Source: an uncultured Jutongia sp. (GTDB lineage Bacteria > Bacillota > Clostridia > Lachnospirales > Lachnospiraceae). From it: a stretch of DNA of 64,000 nt. The notes under the pieces were generated by a model. The model did no database searches and was not told the DNA's origin. It saw only the letters and a program-made list of their open reading frames with translations. This document shows positions 49,034 to 59,494 of this stretch, in pieces. Location: NCBI GenBank assembly GCA_964511525.1, contig CAZEFX010000001.1:1047-65046 (forward strand), read 5' to 3'. A program made the position numbers and the translations under genes. Numbering within the stretch: position 1 is the first letter of the stretch; each line of letters begins with the position of its first letter.

Positions 49034-49891
49034 TTATTTTTTATCCTCCATAGGAGAATATTCGCTTAAAAAGAAATTTAGCATTCCACCTAGAAAGAGA
49101 ATATACATGCAGGCATAAAGCCAAACCATAAGCAGTGCAATGGTAGTCATAGTTCCATAAATGGCAATATAGTTACTGAAATGGTCAATGTAGTAGGAAT
49201 ACAAAAAAGAAAATCCCATCCAGCCACTGGTGGCAAGAAGTGCCCCTGGCATCTGTTTTGAGAATTTTAGCTTTTGGTTGGGAATATTTTTGTAGAGCAG
49301 AGTAAAGAAAAGTAACATAACAAGAAATCCTATCAAAGAACGAAGACTAATAATAGGAAGAAGACTTTGTTCTAAAAATGGAAAATGTTTTTTTAGATGG
49401 AAAAATAAAGAATTTCCAAATACAAGTATTGTTAGAGTAGATAATAAAAGAACAGCAAATAATATGGTATAAAGAATAGACCAGAAACGAAGAATAAAGT
49501 AGTTTCTGGTTTCTTTAATTTCATAGACAGAATTTAATCCTTGGATTAAGGCTAAAAATGCTTTGGAACCAAGCCATAATGCAGTAATGACTGTAATAGG
49601 AAGCAGTGAAAAAAACTGATTTTGGTAAAGGGTATTTATCAAGGAAATAATAAAATCACTTAACGAATTTGGTAAAAATAAGTGCATTGCTGTCAGTAAA
49701 GAAGCTTTGGAAATAGGGGTGTACTGCAAAAGGGACAATAAAAACAAAAAGAATGGGAAAAAGGACAAAATTAGCATGTAAGCAGTTTGGCCAGCATATG
49801 CGGAAATGGCAGATTCTTTTAAGTTTTGATGGAATTTCTTTGCAGGTGTATATAATGGAAAAGCTTTTAGTTTTAAAATTATTTTTTTCAT
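49034..49891 (-). CDS. YihY/BrkB family membrane protein
   Basis: AY..ILSFFP, PGALLA and YG......LMVWLY motifs. Confidence 0.88.
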   Translation of the reverse strand: MKKIILKLKAFPLYTPAKKFHQNLKESAISAYAGQTAYMLILSFFPFFLFLLSLLQYTPISKASLLTAMHLFLPNSLSDFIISLINTLYQNQFFSLLPITVITALWLGSKAFLALIQGLNSVYEIKETRNYFILRFWSILYTILFAVLLLSTLTILVFGNSLFFHLKKHFPFLEQSLLPIISLRSLIGFLVMLLFFTLLYKNIPNQKLKFSKQMPGALLATSGWMGFSFLYSYYIDHFSNYIAIYGTMTTIALLMVWLYACMYILFLGGMLNFFLSEYSPMEDKK

Positions 49892-50147
49892 AAATACCTC
49901 ACAATGAAATATGCATTTTAAGTGAAACTATGGTTGAATTAATGTATAGTTACCAGACAAAATTAGCATGTAAGCAGTTTGGCCAGCATATGCGGAAATG
50001 GCAGATTCTTTTAAGTTTTGATGGAATTTCTTTGCAGGTGTATATAATGGAAAAGCTTTTAGTTTTAAAATTATTTTTTTCATAAATACCTCACAATGAA
50101 ATATGCATTTTAAGTGAAACTATGGTTGAATTAATGTATAGTTACCA
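49764..50147. repeat. Exact 192-bp tandem duplication
   Basis: 49764-49955 equals 49956-50147; GA microhomology at the junction. Confidence 0.93.
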
Positions 50148-50797
50148 GATTTTAGTAAATCTCGAAGCTGTTCTGTTGTTTGAATTCTTTCTGTTGTAAG
50201 AATGCCGCCTTTGGCTAAATCTTCCTCTTCGTGAAAATCACTTCCGGAGGATGCCAGCAGTTTATTTGCCTTAGCCCATTCCGTGGCTTTTTCATTTTGG
50301 TTGTTATGGCGGGGGTTTCCATTATAATATTCTGTTCCATCTAAGAGTGCTGCATCTGATGGAGTACAATATGTGCGGTATGGATGCGCCTGAAAAAGAA
50401 GAATATTATTTTTATGGCAGAGAGAGGATAATTCTGCCAGACTTAATTCGTAAAGGGAAAGATGTCTTTGGAAAAAATCTTCGCTGGCACCATATAAAAG
50501 ATAGTCGTTAGGACTTTCTAAAAGATTTATTTCTGCACCAAAAAGCACAGTGAAAGAAAGGTTCTTTGCCGCAGCCAGTGCAGCATGATAACCAGATAAA
50601 AAGTATTCTACATATTCTTCAGGAGTACTGGCACCACTTTGCTCCATTACCCATTTGCAATAATGATCTGTAATTACCACAGCGTCATATCCTGCAGCTT
50701 GATACATAGATACCATATTCGCTGCGGAAACATGGGCGCAGGGACTAGACTCACTGGTGTGGGTATGCATCTCGATTTTTATTGGTAAATCTTTCAT
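50120..50797 (-). CDS. PHP domain phosphoesterase
   Basis: HTHT, ITDH, QAHPYR and GSDFH motifs. Confidence 0.88.
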   Translation of the reverse strand: MKDLPIKIEMHTHTSESSPCAHVSAANMVSMYQAAGYDAVVITDHYCKWVMEQSGASTPEEYVEYFLSGYHAALAAAKNLSFTVLFGAEINLLESPNDYLLYGASEDFFQRHLSLYELSLAELSSLCHKNNILLFQAHPYRTYCTPSDAALLDGTEYYNGNPRHNNQNEKATEWAKANKLLASSGSDFHEEEDLAKGGILTTERIQTTEQLRDLLKSGNYTLIQP

Positions 50798-50949
50798 GGA
50801 AAAGTCCTCATCTTTCTTATTTTTCTATGGTTACGGCTATCCTATCATTTTATGGAAAGGTTGTCAAAAATATGCAATAGGAATATAATAATTATAAAAA
50901 ATTAAGACTTTCTGCGAAAGACAATGCAGAACAGAATGGAGGGCTTTTT

Positions 50950-51456
50950 ATGCATAGTTTTCAGGACGTAACACCAGAGTTTATGGAGTGTAACCCTTTT
51001 GAGAAGATAGGAAAGGAATGGATGCTGGTAACAGCAGGAGATGAAGAAAAGGCAAACACTATGACCGCTTCCTGGGGTGGAATGGGAGTTATGTGGGGAA
51101 AGAATGTAGTGTACGTAGTAATTCGTCAGAGCCGTTACACAAAAGAGTTTATCGACAAGCAGGGAAGTTTTTCCTTGAGCTTTTTAGGAGAAAAGCATCG
51201 GAACATGTTGAAATACCTTGGAAGTGTGTCTGGAAGAACAGAGGATAAGCTGAAAGAGGCTGGGGTTGAATTGAATTTCAGAAATGGTGTACCTTTTGTA
51301 GATCAGGGAAATTTGGCATTGATTTGTAAAGTGATGTCAGCTACTCCGTTAAAGCCGGAGGGATTTTGGGATGAAGGAATCCATAAGCAGTGGTATAGCG
51401 ATCAGGATTATCATACCTTATATATTGCGGAAGTTACGGATATTTTAGCCAGATAA
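50950..51456 (+). CDS. Flavin reductase family protein
   Basis: NTMTASWG, R.SRYT, GSVSGR..DK and YHTLYI motifs. Confidence 0.85.
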   Translation: MHSFQDVTPEFMECNPFEKIGKEWMLVTAGDEEKANTMTASWGGMGVMWGKNVVYVVIRQSRYTKEFIDKQGSFSLSFLGEKHRNMLKYLGSVSGRTEDKLKEAGVELNFRNGVPFVDQGNLALICKVMSATPLKPEGFWDEGIHKQWYSDQDYHTLYIAEVTDILAR

Positions 51457-51698
51457 TTTCTATTATTGACATATTTCTGACTTGATTCTTTGGTAATATT
51501 TATCTATAAAAACTAGTATATTTGTGTTGGAAGAAAAAAAAGTCGTTAAATTCTTCCAGTTTTCAGAAGAAAAACGAGAATAAAGTTGACAGAATTGCAC
51601 AAATGTGCTAGCATGTATCAATGAGGAGCGGTTTGCGCGGAGGCTTATTCGTACATAGCAAATTGCAAGCATTTTTTATTTTAAGGAGGAATTTAATT

Positions 51699-52280
51699 AT
51701 GAGATTAGGTAAGGTAGTAAAGAGAGTAGTTTCTCTTGCAGTAGCTCTTGCAGTAGTAGCAACTTCAGCAGCTGTACCACAGAAGGCAGAGGCAGCAAGC
51801 TCTTATAAGGCATATATGTGTCTTGCAACTGGTCAGTGGACATTCCGTAACCAGCATGATGACGCTGCATTCTCCAGCAAGCTTCAGAACACAACAAACA
51901 AGTTGAGCTCTAAGGCTAAATCTGCTAAGTTTACAGATGTAACTATGAAGGCAAACAAAAAAGGTGCTACTTACACAGTTAAGTTAACAGGCTTGAAGGC
52001 TGGTGTTATCAGCAAGGATAAGACATTCAACTCTTTATATGTTGATACTACTATCCCTGGAAAGATGGTTAAGAAGGTTAAATTCACAAACGTTTCAGTT
52101 AAGTTTGATGGAAAGACTGTAAAGACTTTCAAGAAGGGTATTACTACTCCAGATCCAGGTTCAACAGATGGATGCGTTCAGCTTCAGATTATCAACACAT
52201 GGAACTCTAGAGTACCTAAGTTCAAATACACAATGCCTAAGAAGAGCATTGAAATCACTTACACAGTTGCAATTAAATAA
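51699..52280 (+). CDS. Secreted Lys-rich protein homologous to the GH5 accessory domain
   Basis: AAGGAGG RBS; signal peptide ending AEA; colinear motif match to the C-terminal domain of 30202-32808. Confidence 0.75.
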   Translation: MRLGKVVKRVVSLAVALAVVATSAAVPQKAEAASSYKAYMCLATGQWTFRNQHDDAAFSSKLQNTTNKLSSKAKSAKFTDVTMKANKKGATYTVKLTGLKAGVISKDKTFNSLYVDTTIPGKMVKKVKFTNVSVKFDGKTVKTFKKGITTPDPGSTDGCVQLQIINTWNSRVPKFKYTMPKKSIEITYTVAIK

Positions 52281-52302
52281 TTTGTGTAAAATAAGAGTTT
52301 TC

Positions 52303-52332
52303 ACTCCGGTATCGAAAGGTGCCGGAGTTTTT
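52303..52332 (+). terminator. Intrinsic terminator
   Basis: ACTCCGGTATC-GAAA-GGTGCCGGAGT followed by a T tract. Confidence 0.75.
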
Positions 52333-52564
52333 ACTTTATAAGAAAGTTCATCCCATAAAGCAAAAATGCTCCCTAGGATGTTACAGGGAAGTGGAATGGT
52401 GAAAATGCATAAAAAACGAATTTATGATATGAGAAAGTTGACATAAATTCACAAAGGTGGTAAAATACTCCTTGTGAAAGAGTGTAATAATTGAATAGAA
52501 AAAAAGGATATATTCTTGTGATTTGTGCACTATTAACAATGAAGTGTTTTTGGAGGACGATTTG

Positions 52565-53125
52565 ATGAGAAAAGCATTTAAAAGAGTAGTATCGTTGGTG
52601 CTTGCTACTGCAATTGTAGCTGGTGGAGTTATGACAGACACGAAAAAAGCAGATGCAGCAAAGACATATAACTGTTATTTGATGTGGATGAGTGATGACT
52701 TTAAGTGCAAGAATATGGAGTCTACTATAGCAAACACAAAGATAAAGAATAAAAAAGGTACTGCAAAGTATACGGTTACTTTAAAAATGTCACAGGCTCA
52801 GGGTGAATTCGAGGGGGATAAGCCAAAAGCATCCAAAGGAGCGAAGGTGTTCTGTATAGATATTCAGGATATATTGAAAGATTACAATGTAAAAAAAGTG
52901 AAAATTTCTAATGTTGTGATTAAGTGTGATGGAAAAGTTGTAAAGATTAATCAGAAGAAGTTAGTACAGGGAGCATTGGAGCCAGAAGGTGATCCGGATA
53001 AGTATCGTTTGGAAATCTTCAATGAATGGGGTGAAGGTGGAACGAAAAATAATCCTTGTGCAAAACCAAAAGCATTTAAGTGGAAAAAGAGCATTTCTGT
53101 CAGCTTCAACTTAAAGTTAAAATAA
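52565..53125 (+). CDS. Secreted Lys-rich protein, distant paralog of 51699-52280
   Basis: Signal peptide ending ADA; YTVTL, ISNVVIKCDGK and LEIFNEWG motifs. Confidence 0.7.
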   Translation: MRKAFKRVVSLVLATAIVAGGVMTDTKKADAAKTYNCYLMWMSDDFKCKNMESTIANTKIKNKKGTAKYTVTLKMSQAQGEFEGDKPKASKGAKVFCIDIQDILKDYNVKKVKISNVVIKCDGKVVKINQKKLVQGALEPEGDPDKYRLEIFNEWGEGGTKNNPCAKPKAFKWKKSISVSFNLKLK

Positions 53126-53150
53126 TTGCTTACTCTTTTCTCTATTATAA

Positions 53151-53191
53151 AGGAGAGTCGCTGGATTTAAGAAGGCGGCTCTCCCTTTTTT
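53151..53191 (+). terminator. Intrinsic terminator
   Basis: GGAGAGTCGCT/GGCGGCTCTCC followed by a T tract. Confidence 0.7.
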
Positions 53192-53370
53192 GTGCAGTAG
53201 GAAATTGCTCGAAATTAGTGGGATGTCAACAAGAATTGCGGAGCAATTCTTAAAAGGCAACGCGTCGGCGTTGCCTTTTTGCTTGTTTGACAAATTTATG
53301 TTATAGTAAAAGTTAGTGAAAAAAGAAACTTATGGGGATAAGAATTTGAAAAAGAGAGGAGCCGGAAGGT

Positions 53371-55623
53371 ATGGAGAAAAAGAAAACCTCAGGTACAGGT
53401 CGTACATCTGCAACAAAAAAAAGTGCAGGTACATCAGCGAAAGCAAATAAACAAAAAGAAATAAAAGCATTATTGAAAAATATAAAAGAACCTCTGGTGT
53501 TTGGTCTGGATATTGGAACCCGAAGCATTGTAGGAACCGTAGGATATAAGGAAAGTACCAATCGTTTTGTTGTAGTGGCACAGGTTTCAGTTGAACATGA
53601 AACAAGAGCTATGATGGATGGACAGATTCATGATATTCAAGCGGTAGCGGACACGATTATAGAGGTGAAAAAGAAACTGGAAAGTCAGGTTGGCAGACCG
53701 TTAAAGGATGTATGTATTGCTGCTGCTGGACGTGTGTTAAAGACAGTGGTTGCAAAAGCAAAGGTAGATTTTAATTATGAAACCGTTATTACCAGTGAAC
53801 ATATTTATTCGTTAGATATGCTAGGGGTAGAAAATGCATATGAAATTCTTCGGCAGGAAAAACAAAATGATAATATTAAGTTTTATTGTGTGGGATATTC
53901 GGTAATTCGATATTATCAGAATGACTATCCAATCTCAAATCTGGAGGGTCATAAGGCAAATTCTATTGAAACAGAATTAATTGCAACCTTTCTTCCAGAT
54001 GAGGTAGTGGATGGGTTATATGCTGCGGTAGAAAAAGCGGGGCTTTTTGTTGCAAATCTGACATTGGAGCCAATTGCTGCAATTAACGTAGCCATTCCAG
54101 AGCGGTTCCGTTTGTTAAATATTGCATTGGTGGATGTAGGAGCGGGAACCTCGGATATTTCTATTACCAACGATGGCAGCATTTTAGCATATGGAATGAT
54201 TCCGGCAGCTGGCGATGAGGTGACGGAATGTTTGGCTAGACGTTATCTTACAGAATTTACAGAAGCAGAAAAAATCAAATGCCAGAGCACTACGAAAAAG
54301 CAGGTTACGTTTAAAGATATTATGGGATTATCCCATAAAATACCATCTGAGGAAGTTGTAGAAATAGTGGATCAGACAGTGAGAGAAATTACTAGTCAGG
54401 TGGCAGAAAAAATTAAAGAATTAAATGGCGGTAAATCCGTTAGTGCAGTATTTGTTGTTGGTGGTGGCGGAAAGGTAAGAGGCTTTGTAGAAAGCTTAGC
54501 GCAGTATCTGGAACTGCCGGCAGACCGGGTTGCCCTTCGTGGTTCGGATGTTATGGGACATATTGAATTCCTGCAAAGTGATTTGAAGGTGGATTCCTTA
54601 TTGGTTACTCCTGTGGGCATTTGTCTGAATTATTATGAACAGAAAAATAACTTTATTTTTGTAACGGTCAATGGAGAACGAATTAAGTTATATGATAATA
54701 GTAAATTAACGGTAGTGGATGCTGCCATGCAGGTGGGATTCCCAAATGAAGATTTGTTTCCGAAAAGAGGAAAGACCCTTAATTATACCGTTAATGGTGA
54801 AAAGCGCATGAAACGGGGAGATGCTGGGGAAGCAGCAGTGGTGAAAATTAATGGTCAGATAAGCGGACTGAGTCAAGCCATTGAACCAAACGATAAGATT
54901 GAGATTCTGGAGTCCACAGCGGGGGAAGATGCGGAGCTGACTATAGGAAAGATACCAGAATACCGTACAACCATGCAGTTTTATTTCAATGGAAAACAAA
55001 TTATCTGTCCGCGTTTTGTAAAGGTGAATGGAGAGTTGGTTTCTGAATTTTACAGTATTCAGGAAAATGATGTGATTGAGATTGTAGAATATTATTCTTT
55101 ACAGCAGGTATTGGAGTTTATGGATATTACCTATAAGGGAAAGGTATATGTCAATAATGCTCTTGCAGACATGGAAGAAAAGGTTTATGATAACTTCTCA
55201 GTAGCCTGTGAGATTCAGAAGGAGGAACCGAACTATCAGCAGTTAATGGATGAGTATGGTGAGGGGCAGGTTCCGGAGGCTGTAATTAAAGGAGAATCCT
55301 TAGAAAGTTTAGAGGATCTTGTATCAGAAAATCAGTCTGTCAGCCAAGAGACAAAAGAGGAAGAAAATGCGGATTCCCAAGAGGAAGAAAACATAATTTC
55401 TCAAGAGCCAGAAGTGGAAGAGGAAATTGCGGTACTTGTAAATGGAGAAAGTGTAGTATTAAAGAATAAGAAAGAATATATTTTAGTTGATGTATTAGAT
55501 TTTTATGATTTTGATTTATCTGTTGCCAAGGGAGACAGGCTGTTAACGTTAATTAACGGAAAACAATCTGAATTTGTAGATCCGGTTAAGGCAGGAGATG
55601 AAATTCAGATCTATTGGGAATAG
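53371..55623 (+). CDS. FtsA/PilM-like actin-fold ATPase with C-terminal ThiS/MoaD-like repeats
   Basis: GLDIGTR, LEPIAA, DVGAGTSD and VGGG motifs; repeated VNG.. modules in the C-terminal third. Confidence 0.8.
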   Translation: MEKKKTSGTGRTSATKKSAGTSAKANKQKEIKALLKNIKEPLVFGLDIGTRSIVGTVGYKESTNRFVVVAQVSVEHETRAMMDGQIHDIQAVADTIIEVKKKLESQVGRPLKDVCIAAAGRVLKTVVAKAKVDFNYETVITSEHIYSLDMLGVENAYEILRQEKQNDNIKFYCVGYSVIRYYQNDYPISNLEGHKANSIETELIATFLPDEVVDGLYAAVEKAGLFVANLTLEPIAAINVAIPERFRLLNIALVDVGAGTSDISITNDGSILAYGMIPAAGDEVTECLARRYLTEFTEAEKIKCQSTTKKQVTFKDIMGLSHKIPSEEVVEIVDQTVREITSQVAEKIKELNGGKSVSAVFVVGGGGKVRGFVESLAQYLELPADRVALRGSDVMGHIEFLQSDLKVDSLLVTPVGICLNYYEQKNNFIFVTVNGERIKLYDNSKLTVVDAAMQVGFPNEDLFPKRGKTLNYTVNGEKRMKRGDAGEAAVVKINGQISGLSQAIEPNDKIEILESTAGEDAELTIGKIPEYRTTMQFYFNGKQIICPRFVKVNGELVSEFYSIQENDVIEIVEYYSLQQVLEFMDITYKGKVYVNNALADMEEKVYDNFSVACEIQKEEPNYQQLMDEYGEGQVPEAVIKGESLESLEDLVSENQSVSQETKEEENADSQEEENIISQEPEVEEEIAVLVNGESVVLKNKKEYILVDVLDFYDFDLSVAKGDRLLTLINGKQSEFVDPVKAGDEIQIYWE

Positions 55624-55695
55624 AGTTTCTAAGGAAAGCTATAGAAAAGAACTTTTTTTGAAAAGAAAAGATACCGAAGAAAGGATTGTAGACAG

Positions 55696-56490
55696 ATGCA
55701 GGTATGTAGTATTGCCAGTGGAAGTAGTGGCAATTGTATCTATGTAGGGGATGGAGAGCATCATATTCTCATTGATGCGGGGGTTAGCCGAAAGCGTATT
55801 GTGGAAGGGTTGAAGGAAATTCATGTAAGACCAGAGGATTTGGATGGGATTTTTGTGACACATGAGCATTCGGATCATATACAAGGACTTCCTATGATGG
55901 TGAAAATGTTTCAGACACCGATTTATGCCACAGGAGGAACCTTGGATCAGATTCGCATGAAGGATAAGAAGGGTGTCATTGGGATGGAGCATTTATATCA
56001 GGTTCATGCAGATAGAGAGGTATCCATTGGTGGCATGAGGATTACACCGTTCCATATTTCCCACGATGCTGCAGAGCCGGTCTGCTATACAGTAGAATCC
56101 GGGGGGCAGAAAGCTAGTGTGGCTACAGACCTTGGGAAGTTTGATGATTATATTGTAGAGCATCTGGAGGGAAGTCAGATTCTTTTGCTGGAGGCAAATC
56201 ATGATATTAGTATGTTGGAATCTGGCAGTTATCCCTATTCATTAAAATGCCGTATTCTTAGCGAATGGGGACATTTGTCTAATGAAGATTCCGGGCGGCT
56301 GTTATGCAGGCTTCTAGGAAAAAGACTGGAATATATTTTTTTGGCGCACTTATCCAAGGAAAATAATTATCCAGAGCTGGCATATGAAACAGTGAAGTGT
56401 CAGCTATGGGAGGAATTAGGAATGACCAATCTGCCATTCCATTTATCGGTGGCAGAGAGAGACAAACCTTCCATGCTGGTTAGCATATAA
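55696..56490 (+). CDS. MBL-fold metallo-hydrolase (YycJ/WalJ-like)
   Basis: SGSSGN, THEHSDH, HDA, EANHD, GHLSN and HLS motifs. Confidence 0.88.
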   Translation: MQVCSIASGSSGNCIYVGDGEHHILIDAGVSRKRIVEGLKEIHVRPEDLDGIFVTHEHSDHIQGLPMMVKMFQTPIYATGGTLDQIRMKDKKGVIGMEHLYQVHADREVSIGGMRITPFHISHDAAEPVCYTVESGGQKASVATDLGKFDDYIVEHLEGSQILLLEANHDISMLESGSYPYSLKCRILSEWGHLSNEDSGRLLCRLLGKRLEYIFLAHLSKENNYPELAYETVKCQLWEELGMTNLPFHLSVAERDKPSMLVSI

Positions 56491-56527
56491 GTAAAAATAG
56501 AATAAAAAATGAGAATGAGGTAGTAAA

Positions 56528-56800
56528 ATGAAAAAAACAGTAATTACAGTAGTAGGAAAAGATAGTGTAGGAATCATTGCAAAGGTATGTACATACTTAG
56601 CAGAAAATAAGGTAAATATTTTAGATATTTCCCAGACAATCGTAGATGGATTTTTCAATATGATGATGATTGTAGATACCGCTCAGTGTGAAAAAGACTT
56701 CGGTACCTTTGCCGGAGAGCTGGAGCAGATAGGAGAAGAAATGAGCTGTATCATTAAGGCACAGAGAGAAGATATTTTTGACAAAATGCATCGTATCTAA
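56528..56800 (+). CDS. ACT domain protein (UPF0237)
   Basis: ITVVGKD..GII, NILDISQT and IF..MHRI motifs. Confidence 0.9.
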   Translation: MKKTVITVVGKDSVGIIAKVCTYLAENKVNILDISQTIVDGFFNMMMIVDTAQCEKDFGTFAGELEQIGEEMSCIIKAQREDIFDKMHRI

Positions 56801-56839
56801 GAGGAAGGAATTTTATCTAGAAGAAAGGGAAAAATAATC

Positions 56840-58204
56840 ATGATTAATATCTATGAGGTTCTAGAAACCAATAATATGATTGAGAAGGAAAATCTGGATG
56901 TACGTACCATTACCATTGGTATTAGTCTGTTAAACTGTATCGACAGTGATTTAGACCGGCTCAATGAAAAAATCTATAATCGTATTACTTCGGTAGCAAA
57001 GGATTTAGTAGCAACAGGACAGGAAATCGAGAGAGAATTTGGTATTCCAATTGTAAATAAACGTATTTCAGTGACACCAATTGCTTTAGTAGGTGGTGCT
57101 GCCTGTAAGACACCAGAGGACTATGTAACTATTGCAAAGACCTTAGACCGGGCAGCAAAGACCTTGGGCGTAAACTTTATCGGTGGTTATAGTGCATTGG
57201 TATCTAAGGGAATGACCAAAAGTGACGAACTGCTGATTCGTTCTATTCCACAGGCTCTGGCTTCTACAGAATATGTATGTAGTTCGGTAAATTTGGGTTC
57301 TACTAAAACAGGATTAAATATGGATGCAGTTAAGATGATGGGTGAAATTATTCTGGAAGCAGCAGAATACACCAAGGAAAGAGACAGCATTGGCTGTGCT
57401 AAGCTGGTGGTATTTTGTAATGCACCAGATGATAATCCATTTATGGCAGGAGCCTTTCATGGTGTAACCGAAGCGGATGAGATTATTAATGTAGGTGTCA
57501 GTGGTCCTGGTGTAATGCGTAAGGCATTGGAATCAGAACATGGAACCGACTTTGGTTCTCTGTGTGAGACTATTAAAAAGACCGCCTTTAAGATAACCCG
57601 TGTGGGACAACTGGTTGCTATGGAGGCTTCCAAGAGAATGAACATTCCTTTTGGAATTATTGATTTATCTCTTGCGCCAACACCAGCCATTGGTGACAGT
57701 ATTGCAGATATTTTTGAAGAGATGGGCTTGCAGAGAGCAGGAGCACCGGGAACTACCGCTGCTTTGGCTATGTTAAATGATCAGGTGAAAAAGGGTGGCG
57801 TTATGGCATCCTCTTATGTAGGTGGTTTGAGTGGTGCATTTATTCCAGTTAGTGAAGATCAGGGAATGATTGATGCTGTTTTGGATGGCGCATTAACCTT
57901 AGAAAAATTAGAGGCTATGACCTGTGTATGTTCCGTTGGTCTGGATATGATTGCCATTCCGGGAGATACCAAAGCAACCACTATTTCTGGAATTATAGCG
58001 GATGAAATGGCAATTGGTATGATTAACCAAAAGACCACAGCGGTACGTTTAATTCCGGTAATAGGTAAAGAAGTAGGCGAAATGGTAGAATTTGGCGGTT
58101 TGCTTGGTTATGCGCCGATTATGCCGGTGAATCAGTTTGATTGCAGCGAGTTTATTAATCGTGGAGGACGGATTCCTGCGCCAATCCACAGCTTTAAGAA
58201 TTAA
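56840..58204 (+). CDS. PFL-like family protein (UPF0210/DUF711)
   Basis: [26 protein letters not shown] and CVCSVGLDM motifs. Confidence 0.9.
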   Translation: MINIYEVLETNNMIEKENLDVRTITIGISLLNCIDSDLDRLNEKIYNRITSVAKDLVATGQEIEREFGIPIVNKRISVTPIALVGGAACKTPEDYVTIAKTLDRAAKTLGVNFIGGYSALVSKGMTKSDELLIRSIPQALASTEYVCSSVNLGSTKTGLNMDAVKMMGEIILEAAEYTKERDSIGCAKLVVFCNAPDDNPFMAGAFHGVTEADEIINVGVSGPGVMRKALESEHGTDFGSLCETIKKTAFKITRVGQLVAMEASKRMNIPFGIIDLSLAPTPAIGDSIADIFEEMGLQRAGAPGTTAALAMLNDQVKKGGVMASSYVGGLSGAFIPVSEDQGMIDAVLDGALTLEKLEAMTCVCSVGLDMIAIPGDTKATTISGIIADEMAIGMINQKTTAVRLIPVIGKEVGEMVEFGGLLGYAPIMPVNQFDCSEFINRGGRIPAPIHSFKN

Positions 58205-58246
58205 GGGAGAGTGAACAGTAGATAAGTTATAGAAAGGAAATAATCT

Positions 58247-59350
58247 ATGAGTGATTTGGAAGAAAAAGCATCCAAGAAGAAGCTGCCTTTATGGAGCAAG
58301 ATAACTATTATTGTTTTATGTGTGCTGCTGGTGCTGGGTGGTGTTGGATATGGAGTATTTAATTACTACTATAATCAGATGAATATTGATGGTGGTGAAG
58401 ATGTAGAAGCTCAGGAGGAATATTTTGATACGGACGAAGATATTGAGAACCTGAAAGAATTAGATCCAGATGCTATCCAGTTGGACAGTGCGGACAGTGT
58501 AAACCAAAGCAAGGAAGTTATCAATATTCTGATTTGTGGCGAGGAAGCCATTGGTGGTGGAAGAGGCCGTACCGATAGTATTATGATTGCTACTATTAAC
58601 CAGCGGGATAATAATCTGCGGTTGACTTCCATTATGCGTGACACATATGTACAGATTCCAGGGTTCAGCGATAATAAAATTAATGCGGCATATCATAATG
58701 GCGGCATGAAAACCTTGAAGAAAACCATTAAACAGAATTTTGGTATTACAGTAGATGGTTATGTATTGGTGAATTTTGATTCCTTTCAGCAGGTTATCGA
58801 TGCCCTTGGCGGCATAGAGATTGAATTATCGGAAGAAGAAGTTAGTTATTTGAATCGAACAAACTATATATCCGATTATTCCAATCACAACCTTCATGTA
58901 GGTGTGAATCATATGAATGGAAATCAGGCGCTTGGATATGCCAGAGTACGTTATGTCAGCAAGGATGGACAGGCTGGAGATTTTGCAAGAACTTTACGCC
59001 ATCGTACCGTTATGACAGCGATTTATGATAAATTAATGGACAAATCTTCTCTGGAATTGATAGCGATGGTGCCAAAGCTGATGCCACTAGTTACTACAGA
59101 TATAAAAAAGAAGGACTTGGTGAATTATTTGTATCAGGGCGTATCCGTCCGAAGTAAAAATCCAAAGCTGGAAACATTGAATGTTCCAGTAGAAGGAGCA
59201 TACGACATTACAAGAGTTCGTTCTATGTCCGTGATTCTTCCAACTCCTTTGGATGAAAATGTGAAGGAAATGCAAAAGTTTATTTACGGAAGTTTATGGA
59301 AAAATGGAAAGAAAGAAGAGGAGGGTGCCAATATTACCATAGGACAGTAA
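58247..59350 (+). CDS. LCP (LytR-CpsA-Psr) family protein
   Basis: TM anchor; GRTDSIM, SIMRD, KINAAY, YARVR and DFAR motifs. Confidence 0.92.
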   Translation: MSDLEEKASKKKLPLWSKITIIVLCVLLVLGGVGYGVFNYYYNQMNIDGGEDVEAQEEYFDTDEDIENLKELDPDAIQLDSADSVNQSKEVINILICGEEAIGGGRGRTDSIMIATINQRDNNLRLTSIMRDTYVQIPGFSDNKINAAYHNGGMKTLKKTIKQNFGITVDGYVLVNFDSFQQVIDALGGIEIELSEEEVSYLNRTNYISDYSNHNLHVGVNHMNGNQALGYARVRYVSKDGQAGDFARTLRHRTVMTAIYDKLMDKSSLELIAMVPKLMPLVTTDIKKKDLVNYLYQGVSVRSKNPKLETLNVPVEGAYDITRVRSMSVILPTPLDENVKEMQKFIYGSLWKNGKKEEEGANITIGQ

Positions 59351-59494
59351 GATATGAAGTGCAAAGTTGTATACAATTATACGTTGACGCAGGGGCGGAA
59401 AATGTGGTATAAATCATATTAGTGCCTTTGGTACAATATGGAAAGAAAAGGCAAAACAAAGGAAAACAATCAGGTCAAGAAAGGGGCTATTATT

